Below are positions 54,594 through 64,000 of a stretch of 64,000 nt of DNA, piece after piece. The notes beneath the pieces were generated by a model. It made no database searches and had not been told where the DNA came from. It saw only the letters and a list, made by a program, of their open reading frames with translations. Within the stretch, counting starts at the first letter, position 1; every line of letters begins with the position of its first letter. The translations under genes and the position numbers were made by a program. The stretch lies in assembly GCA_951406725.2 (NCBI GenBank), contig OX597835.1, positions 40,114,001-40,178,000 of the forward strand, written 5' to 3'. The DNA comes from Octopus vulgaris (Eukaryota).

Positions 54594-55064
54594 ATGTATA
54601 TACGATCCTTTTTGTTGTTGCTTGAATGTTGGTATAAAGTGAAAACGGAAAAAAAAAACTCTTTAGTAACCATGACAGTTTCAGGTTTTCTGCGACCTTT
54701 TAAGCGTAGAGCAGTTGGAGAGCCAGAAAGAGAGAGAGTCTTAGATGCATGGATGCAAACAGACAGACACACACATGCACACAGAAGGAAGATACGGAAT
54801 ATTAGGCTCAGGAAAGAGTGAATGAACAGAGAGGTTGATAGCATAAGCAATTACTGTTTGACGAAAGAAGACAAAATTGAAGTTACATCAGAATGGGTGG
54901 GGTGGGGTTGATGGTGGGGGGTGGGGCTCATTATTACAATGAAACTCAAAATAGGTTGGAACTTGGTATGTAAAAATTGAATAGGTAAGGTCCAGAGACG
55001 TGCGTGTGTGTGTGTATGCATTTGCACCTCTGCATGCCTCTGTGTGTGCAGTGTCTGTGTGTGC

Positions 55065-55119
<55 letters not shown>

Positions 55120-55835
55120 CGTGTCTGTGTGTGTGTCCACCCCCATGTGTGTGTCCATGTCCATCTGTATCCATGACTGTGTGTGAGACTGTGTGCATGT
55201 GTGTGAGACTGTGCATGTGTGTGTGCATGACTGTGTGTGCATGTGTGTGACTGTGTTTGTGAGTGTAGATACAAGTGTATTGTATGCATTTGTCTATGTG
55301 AATGAGTGTTTGTGGATGTGTGTATGTGTGTGTATCTCTAAGTACATGTTTGAGTATCTAAACATGTGCTGGGGTCCTTTCCTACATGTTTGTGTAGTAC
55401 ATGCACACAAACTACAGCAATCAAACACACACACACACACACAATTGTAACGAAATGTTTTAGTAAATTATTGGTTCAAAAAAGCCGGCCATCAAATGGC
55501 TGATGATCTGTTGCGGAGCATTTGTTCACTAGGAGTACAAAAGGTTAAAAGGTCAGTGCAAATATCGTGTATGCAACTGTTGGAACTTTGACCCACATGA
55601 CATTCATCATCATCATCATCATCATCACTTAAAGTCCGTTTTCCATGCTGGAATGGGTTAAATGGTTTTGACAGGAGCAAGCAAGCTAGAGTGCTGCACC
55701 AGGCTGCAATGCTGGATCCCCTTTCTAACACCAGCATGGATGGTTTTAAGTGACACCAAAATAAAAAATGTGAAAATACTAGCTGGCCCCGTGCCATCAA
55801 AAATGATGGCTAATTGTAGTATTTTATATAATAGA

Positions 55836-56221
55836 CTAGCACTATGACCCGGCAACGCCGGGACACAGTGCTAGTGCATGCATATACAGCTGTGTGTGTG
55901 TGCGCACATACATGCGAGTACTGTCCAAATCTCCGACCAATCACATACAGCTAGCTGGCATTCAATTGGCGAATCAAGTTTCGAGCATTTTGATAGGGTT
56001 TTGGATAGAAAATTCACAAAAAACTAACTTCTATTGATTTTTTAATGGCTTTGTGGGGTGACTGGGGAAATGTAAAGATGTGCATGACCACCCTTGGACG
56101 GTTTTTAATGACCATAGAAAGTGCGAGCCCTCTAACTGAAACATTGTGGATTTGTATAAAGGACACACACACACACGCACACACAGACAGACATTTTGCC
56201 GTTTATATATATAGAGAGAGA
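55836..56221 (-). mobile_element. Small non-autonomous Helitron, second copy
   Basis: Colinear with 51843-52210, same TC...hairpin-CTAG termini. Confidence 0.85.
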
Positions 56222-56587
56222 TATGGATGGTAAATCAAATTAATACACTTGTCAATGTTATCTATTGGTTGTCTTTTGAGATGTGACATCAATCATCGTT
56301 TTTTCCTTCTTTATTCATCTATCACCCCCTCCTTTTTCATTCATATGTTGTGACGGAGAAAAACACAAGAGCATTATTACAGTAGATGTTATGAAATAAA
56401 AAATATCTGAACCGCTCTCCTCAGGTAGGAAACTTCCAAACATGTGAATGGACAGGTAAGAATGATAATCTCAACCCTTTAGCATTCAGATTTCCCTGTC
56501 ACAAGTAATGCTTAATGATTCACACTGATAGGGATTAGTCATATATTACCTTGAAGTTTTGAGGTTTCAATGATGTGATTATTTATT

Positions 56588-56995
56588 TTACTCTTTTTAC
56601 TCTTGTACTTGTTTCAGTCATTTGACTGTGGCCATGCTGGAGCACCGCCTTTTGTCGAGCAAATCGACCCCAGGACTTATTCTTTGGAAGCCTAGTACTT
56701 ATTCTATCGGTCTCTTTTGCCGAACCGCTAAGTTACGGGGACGTAAACACACCAGCATCGGTTGTCAAGCGATGTTGGGTGGGGACAAACACAGACACAC
56801 AAACACACACATATATATATATACATATATACGACGGGCTTCTTTCAGTTTCCGTCTACCAAATCCACTCACAAGGCTTTGGTCGGCCCCTGGCTATAGT
56901 AGAAGACACTTGCCCAAGGTGCCACGCAGTGGGACTGAACCCAGAACCATGTGGTTCGTAAGCAAGCTACTTACCACACAACCACTCCTACGCTT
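56588..56995 (-). mobile_element. SINE family 1
   Basis: Complete reverse copy. Confidence 0.9.
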
Positions 56996-58166
56996 ATTTT
57001 GAGAATAATATTGTGAAATCTCAAATCTGGCCCAGTTGAAAGATGATACAAGTAGATTATTTTGGCCAGATATGGCTGGTTTAAATGCTAAGGGCTAAAT
57101 GTTTATGTATACAATACATACAACACACATACCTGATGAGCTTTTGTCAGTTTTCATCTAGCAAATCCATTCCACTCACAAGGCTTTGGTCAGCCTGGGG
57201 CCATGCTTGTCTAGGGAGCCATGCAGTAGAACTGAACTTGAAACCATGTGTTCAGGAAGCCAACTTCATAACTACACAGCCATAGATACCCCTGTATATT
57301 CATATTGTACCTGACGTAACAGAGTTGTGTAGTTGGCAGCCTTCAAATTAACAGTGAAATCAACTCTGCTAAGTATTAAATAATTGCTGTCTTGTTGAGA
57401 CACCCTTAATATACGTGGTGTGTGTGTGTATAGGTGTGTAAATAAGCCTAGAAGAATTGATTGACTTCAAAATTTTCTCCAAAACTAAAAGAACCAATAA
57501 GGGAAGCTGAGAAATTCTTTATTAAAAATATCAACCTTGGGCATCCCAGCTGTAGAAACTCTGCCAGATCAGATTGGAGCATGGTGCAGCCATCTGGTTC
57601 GCCAGACCTCAGTCAAATCGTCCAACCCATGCTAGTATGGAAAGCGGATGTTAAACGATGATGATGATGATGAAGTAGAGTTGTTTTCAAAATAACACAT
57701 GGAAAAGATTAGCTGTTCCTCATTTTGTATGTGTGTGTGTGTAGTGTGTATGTACCTACACACATTTTTTTCCCACATTCTCGAGTCATGCCAACTCATA
57801 AGTGCTGGTTTCCCGGTTTCCATGGCACATATATTTCCCCACCTGGACAGGATGCCGGTCCAACACAGGAGGACTCATTTTTACCAGCTGAGTAAAGACT
57901 GGAGCAACATAAAATGAAATGCTTTGCTCAAGAAACCACACTCTTACAATCAGGGGTCCAACACCCTAACCACCAAGCCACACACCTCCACACACAGAGC
58001 TACAATACTGACTTCTCAGACACTGCTCGTCCAAAACCTCTTATAATCCATATTAATTTATGAGCAGGAACTTCAAATCCTCATAGCAACCAGACTAGTT
58101 TACTGGTGCCTTGCACAGACAAGTACCTTGCACAGTGTAGTATTAATAAACTTGTATCATTTATAT

Positions 58167-58385
58167 CAGTGCTTTTCAAACTTTTTGCTGGAGCGGAACC
58201 CCAAGGAACATTCCACTGGCTCGAGGAACCCCTGTGCAATAATTTAATAGACTTATGCACACATACCTGCACAGGAGAATTAAAAATTACTGCCGATTTT
58301 AGCAGTTTTGTTAACTTCTTGCGGAACCCCTGGACTGTACTGGCGGAACCCTAAGGTTCCACGGAACCCTGGTCGAAAACCACTG
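58167..58385. mobile_element. hAT-type MITE
   Basis: CAGTGCTTTTC...GAAAACCACTG with 8-bp TSD atttatat/atttatac; repeated subterminal ggaaccc motifs. Confidence 0.8.
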
Positions 58386-58598
58386 ATTTATACTAATGTG
58401 CAGGCACCTGGACTTCATTTAATGATTTAAGTAAATTTAATATTTGATTAATTTAGAGTGTGGCCACCCCTGGTTTGGAAAAGATCGGTATTCCGGAAAA
58501 GGCTTCAGAACCTAAGGTTATACCTGTGTGTGTGTGTGTTTGTTTGTGTATTTGTGTGTGTGTGTGTGTATTTGTGTGTTGTGTGTGTGTGTGTGTGT

Positions 58599-58672
<74 letters not shown>

Positions 58673-58928
58673 TAACATGCCTGACAAAATGGGGTGTATC
58701 CATGTTTGCTTATTGTTCTTTTCATTGATAGCTGTCCATGTTTATGGGGGAAAGACACTGCACAGATTGAACTCAAGACCTCACGACTGTGATCTGAACA
58801 CCTTAACCATACCCACCTATCTGCACTTTTATATTCACACACATTCCATCCTTGTTATTTATATATTTCCATTTCTCATATAACAGTTTGTGCTTTCCAC
58901 CAAATATCTTTCTCACTTGATCTATATT

Positions 58929-58984
<56 letters not shown>

Positions 58985-60136
58985 CCCTCTCTCCCTTTCA
59001 CTATCTCTTCCTCCTTCCTTCTCTATCCCACTCCCTTTCATGTAACCTGCTGTTGCTACTACTACTAATACCATCCCTTCTTTTTCCTTTCTTCTCAAAC
59101 TGACCAAAACACACTTGAAACACCCCACACCACACCACCACTACCAACCACACCACTACCATCATATGTGGCCGAAATTCTATTTCTGTATTTCCTCTCC
59201 ACTAGGGTCTCAAAGTCAATGAAAGACTCCTTTATCATTAAGCCCAGTCTTTCTCTTTATCCACCACCACCATCCTTTGTCTTACATCACTCTTTCCTGT
59301 TCAGTGTCTTGAGATAGCATCTTATTGTCTTCTACACCACCACCACCACCACTCATTATATGCAACAGGAGCAGCATTAGATTAAAATAGACATTTAATG
59401 TATCAGACTCTATGCATGTACTTAGCTGAAAGGCAAGTTTACTGCAGTGTTTGTCCAGAGATAACATCTTCTATGGATATGTGTGTGCACGTGCGTGTGT
59501 GGAGAGGATGGGGGGAGGCAAATGAGGAATTTTTACTGCATTTTTGACTGAGACAATATATTTTTTACCTTGGGCATCTTCTACTATAGCCTGGGGCTGA
59601 TCAAAGCCTTGTAAGTGGATTTCGTAGACAGAAACTAAAAGAAGCCCATCATATATGTGTGTGTTTTTGAAATTTGTGTCGCAACAACAAGGTTTTCAGT
59701 TATAATTACTCAAAGGTTATAATTTGCTATGAGAAATAGCTCAACTTTTAGATCAAACTTCGCACTCTCCGTTTCCATCAGGCTCTGTCTTGTACGCCCC
59801 ACCCTCTTCTCTATATATTTACCAAACTTTATTGCTTTCTCTATATATATATATGTATGCTGCTCACCCTCTTTCTCTTGATATGACATACAATTACTTT
59901 CATTTTGTTTAAAACTTCTTAGTTGTAATGGTTTTACTTTCATTTTGTGATAGATATCACACAGAAAATGCTAGCTTCCAAATCCTTACAGAGTTTCTAC
60001 CTATGTCTTTTCTACATACTGAGTGGGGCCATCAGTCTGAAGAGATTTGTGATTTGTCTGTTTTCCCACTTACTAAGACTTTGGTCTTTGCTAAATTAAC
60101 TCTAAGGCCCTTTGATTCCAGACCTTACTTCCACAC

Positions 60137-60398
60137 CTGAAATTCCTTCTCTAGTCCTAGTAGGAATTTAGCCATAAGAACAAGATCATCAACATAGAGT
60201 AGCTACCAAGGGCAGCCCATCTTAAATTCTTCTGTTACTGCCTGGAGGACTATGATGAACAAGAGGGAGCTGAGAACTGATCCTTGGTGAACTCTCCTAT
60301 CTGTACACCAAATTTATTGCTATACTCATTGCCAACCTTCACCTTACTTGACAGAATCCCTGTACATGGCTTGTATGGCTCTCACCAACCATTCATCC
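60137..60398 (-). mobile_element. RTE-type LINE reverse transcriptase fragment
   Basis: Minus: DEWLVRAIQAMY...VHQGSVLSSLLFIIVLQAVTEEFKMGCPW*LLYVDDLVLM (QG and YxDD motifs). Confidence 0.85.
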
Positions 60399-60413
60399 AT
60401 CATATCAGTAAGA

Positions 60414-60586
60414 TAGGCGCAGGAGTGGCTGTGTAGTAAGTAGCTTGCTTACCAACCACATGGTTCTGGGTTCAGTCCCACTGTGTGGCTCCTTGGGCAA
60501 GTGTCTTCTACTATAGCCTCAGGCCGACCAAAGCATTGTGAGTGGATTTGGTAGACGGAAACTGAAAGAAGTCCATCGCATATATG

Positions 60587-60635
<49 letters not shown>

Positions 60636-60837
60636 TTGTCCCCCCAGCATCGCTTGACAACCGATGCTGGTGTGTTTACATCCCCGTAATTGAGCAGTTC
60701 AGCAAAAGAGACTGATAGAATAAGTACTAGGCTTACAAAGAATAAGTTCTGGGGTCGATTTGCTCGACTAAAGGCGGTGCTCCAGCATGGCCACAGTCAA
60801 ATGACTGAAACAAGTAAAAGAGTAAAGAGTAAAGAGT
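60414..60837 (+). mobile_element. SINE family 1
   Basis: Complete copy. Confidence 0.9.
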
Positions 60838-61127
60838 TTTCAGGGGTTTTTTTTTTTTTCTTTTTTTACAAAATCACTTCCAAATTTGATTATCTTTAAA
60901 ATGAATCAAAACACAACCCGAGTATAGTTGTGGATTAAGCTTTAGACTTCAGGGGCTGCAGCCCTGAAGCTTCCATCAACTATAAAGTATCCAAAGATTA
61001 AACAAAATGTTACTGAAAATATCACAGGATTCCCCCTCAGTACTTGTAGCACAGAGGCCAACAAAATCTTAATCCATCTGTGGTGGTTGAATACTTCATT
61101 AGAAATCTGGCCACAAGAAAGGTTTAA

Positions 61128-61338
61128 CCCTTTAGTGTTCGCATTATTCTACCAAAATTAATGCTTCTTCATCCACATTGTTTTGAACTAATCAGGCATT
61201 ATCTTGTAGCTTTGAGATTTTGATGCGGTAGCTGTTAATTTTTAAAATGATATTGTAGGGTTGGTGTGAGAGACCAGATCTGGCCAGTTTGAACATAAAA
61301 CAGGCAGAATACTTTTGGCCGGATATGGCCGGTTTAAA
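61128..61338 (-). mobile_element. piggyBac-type MITE (family A), truncated
   Basis: Matches 7547-7768 but stops at an internal TTAA. Confidence 0.75.
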
Positions 61339-61823
61339 GCAGGCATAAACAAACATTTTTAAGGAGTGGGCCATATAAGATATGGTTCACCATAAGGCAG
61401 GCTGCGCTACTAAAAAAAAAATTCAAGGTAATTTCAAAGTATATGTTATTTTCCTTGTGAAATTAAGCATACCATTGAGAATGTCCCGTGGAACACAGTT
61501 CGCCCAGGACTAGATCATGGTCAGTTTTTCCAAACTGGAACATACTCATGATACATAGCATACTTATATTAGTACTAGCAGCTGCTTTATAAGTGAATTA
61601 TGTACTACTTACAGGTACTTGTGCTGAATTATGTGGTCTCAAGCTATTGAGAGTTAAGTGTTCTCTTGACAGTGTAGGCACAGTGCTGTTAACACAAACT
61701 ACTAACAATCAACTACCCACTCCTTTACCAAAACCTACCATCATCTTTAGCATGTTTACTGCCACATACCACTGGTGGTTCCATTGCAGATTTCACACAA
61801 CTGCCCTATGCACCACAGGTGGC

Positions 61824-62036
61824 ACTCTTTACTCTTTTACTTGTTTCAGTCATTTGACTGTGGCCATGCTGGAGCACCGCCTTTAGTCGAATCAAATCGA
61901 CCCCAGGACTTATTCTTTGTAAGCCTAGTACTTATTCTATCGGTCTCTTTTGCCGAACCGCTAAGTTACGGGGACCTAAACACACCAGCATTGGTTGTCA
62001 AGCGATGTTGGGAGGACAAACACAGATACACACACG

Positions 62037-62068
<32 letters not shown>

Positions 62069-62232
62069 TACGACGAGCTTCTTTCAGTTTCCGTTTACCA
62101 AATCCACTCATAAGGTTTTGGTCGGCCCGAGGCTATAGTAGAAGACACTTGCCCAAGGTGCCACGCAGAGGGACTGAACCCGGAACCACGTGGTTCGTAA
62201 GCAAGCTACTTACCACACAGCCACTCCTGCGT
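61824..62232 (-). mobile_element. SINE family 1
   Basis: Complete reverse copy. Confidence 0.9.
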
Positions 62233-62900
62233 ACATTTTCATAATTTGAGAAAATATTTTCTCCTGTATCTCTGACATGGTTTTCAAGGATATTTAGATA
62301 ACAAGTGCTAAATATTCAAGTTTAATTATGAAATATTGTAAAAAGAAAAAAAAAATTTTTTTTAATTACATTTATTTGTAATTAAGCATTATGTAAATAG
62401 TGTGTGGTGTGACCACACAAAACACATGGTGTGACCAGTTAGTTCCAGTAATAGACCAACCAAGGTGGTTAACGCATTAACAAGTAAACAACACAGCAGG
62501 TTGTTTGTTTTTCATTTCTTACTGAAAGAAATAAGATGTCACTTAACAGCATCGATACCTGACCTGCTGAGAACAGCAGCCAAATTTCACTTATAACACA
62601 CCCTATTGTCTATAAAAAAAAAGGGGGGGGGCATATTTTGTAATGTAGTCCAAAATACACTGGGATGGTCATGACTGGACTGCTAAACAACAAATCAATG
62701 AGGGTAAATACACAGTCACTCAATTTGCCAGATTTTACACATGAATATTATGGATTATTGTCTATAAAAAAACTGATTGATGTATTAAAAATATATAAAT
62801 AAATAAATACAAATATGTATAAAAATATAAGTAAATATGTATAAGTATATATATATAATGTATATAACAGTTTAAAAGTTTTTAATTAATTATTTAAAGC

Positions 62901-62990
62901 ATCTTACGATCGTTTCACAGAAGAGTTGTCCCTATAATGAAATCCTATATTGATAAGCATTTATAGACAACGCTTCTGCTCTTCAGAGAT
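62901..62990 (-). ncRNA. Type I hammerhead ribozyme motif with long stem II
   Basis: Minus: ATCT CTGAAGA GCAGAAG-C-GTTGTC...GACAAC-T-CTTCTGT GAA AC GATC GTA AGAT; GUA cleavage triplet. Confidence 0.7.
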
Positions 62991-63204
62991 ATAAAATTTG
63001 AATTCTGTATAACATATCGAATGGTGGGTTTTTTTTTTAAAAATCCATATATACTTCCTTGGTTATTCTTCTGCAATAATCCATAATATTCATATGTAAA
63101 ATCTGTTATATTATCTTGTATTCTAAATATAGTTCATATAGTTAGTTTAGAAATGTGAAATTTGTATATATACATACAATATATATATACGATATATATA
63201 TATC

Positions 63205-63845
63205 ATCACTATCATTGTTTAACATTAGTTTTCCATGCTAGCATGGGTTGGACGATTTGATTGAGGACTGGCAAACCAGATGGTTGTACCCGGCTCCGAT
63301 CTGATCTGGAAGAGTTTCTACAGCTTGATGCCCTTCCTAACGCCAACCACTCCGAGAGAGTAGTGGGTGCTTTTACGTGCCACCTGCACAGGAGCCAGTC
63401 CAGCGGCACTGGCAATGACCTCACTCGAATGTTATTCTTCACGTGTTAGTAAGGTGACGATCACGCTTGAATGGTGCTTTTTACGTGCCACCAGCACAGA
63501 AGACAGTCAGCTGCTCTGGTAATGATCACACTCGGATGGTGCTCTTAACGCTCCACTAGCATGGATGCCAGTCACCGAGTTTGATTTCGGCTTCGATTTC
63601 ACTTGCCTCAAAGGGTCTTCGCAAGCAGAGTTTAGTGTCCAATGAAGGAAAGGTACGCATAAGTGGGCTGGTTATACCCCAGGCAAAGGCCACGGGTTAT
63701 GGTCTCGCTTGGCTTGCCGGGTCTTCTCAAGTGCAGCCTATTTCCAAAGGTCTTGGTCAGTAGTCATTGTCGGTGAGGCCTAATGTTTGAAAGTTGTACT
63801 TCACCACTTCATCCCAGGTCTCCCTGGGTCTACCTCTTCCACAGG
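63205..63845 (-). mobile_element. RTE LINE 3' end (ORF C-terminus, 3' UTR and GAT tail)
   Basis: Minus: GRGRPRETWDEVVKYNFQTLGL followed by the recurrent tail block. Confidence 0.8.
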
Positions 63846-63958
63846 TATATATATATATATATATATATAGGGAGAGTTTACGAAAATAAACAAAAGACGA
63901 AGGCAGGTGGTGTACAAACAAACAAATGTATTAGTATAGTGCTCAGGAATAGAAAAAG

Positions 63959-63996
63959 TCTTTTACGTTTCGAGCCTACGCTCTTCCACAGAAAGA
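63959..63996 (-). ncRNA. Degenerate minimal hammerhead motif
   Basis: Minus: TCTTT CTGTGGA A GAGC GTAG GCTC GAA AC GTA AAAGA; stems intact but core A6 is substituted. Confidence 0.4.
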
Positions 63997-64000
63997 TACA

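Overview
AT-rich, repeat-dense animal DNA, most likely a coleoid cephalopod (Octopus-type tRNA-derived SINEs throughout). The only host gene I can support is tankyrase (TNKS, ankyrin-repeat PARP) on the minus strand. Three GT-AG exons (53865-54089, 18959-19054, 7370-7482) splice in frame across introns of about 34.8 kb and 11.5 kb; the gene's start and remainder appear to lie outside the window. The rest is intron filled with transposon debris: more than 20 SINE copies, mariner (DD34D) and maT (DD37D) relics, hAT- and piggyBac-type MITEs, a Helitron with a PIF1 helicase fragment, small non-autonomous Helitrons, RTE/CR1 LINE fragments, a solo LTR, Penelope-like pieces and long microsatellites. 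Almost all ORF-track entries are spurious. Main oddities: (1) a 24 x 95-bp array of a SINE Pol III head with higher-order structure, whose variants differ in T4 terminators; (2) a 131-bp near-perfect palindrome with a G3:C8-swapped hammerhead ribozyme in each arm, plus several more minimal hammerheads mostly on the tankyrase sense strand; (3) a TSD-flanked templated insertion copied from 4 kb away; (4) Helitron 3' hairpins whose loop is inverted between copies. None is proven to be a new functional system; all were read by eye and repeat boundaries are approximate unless a TSD or TIR is cited.
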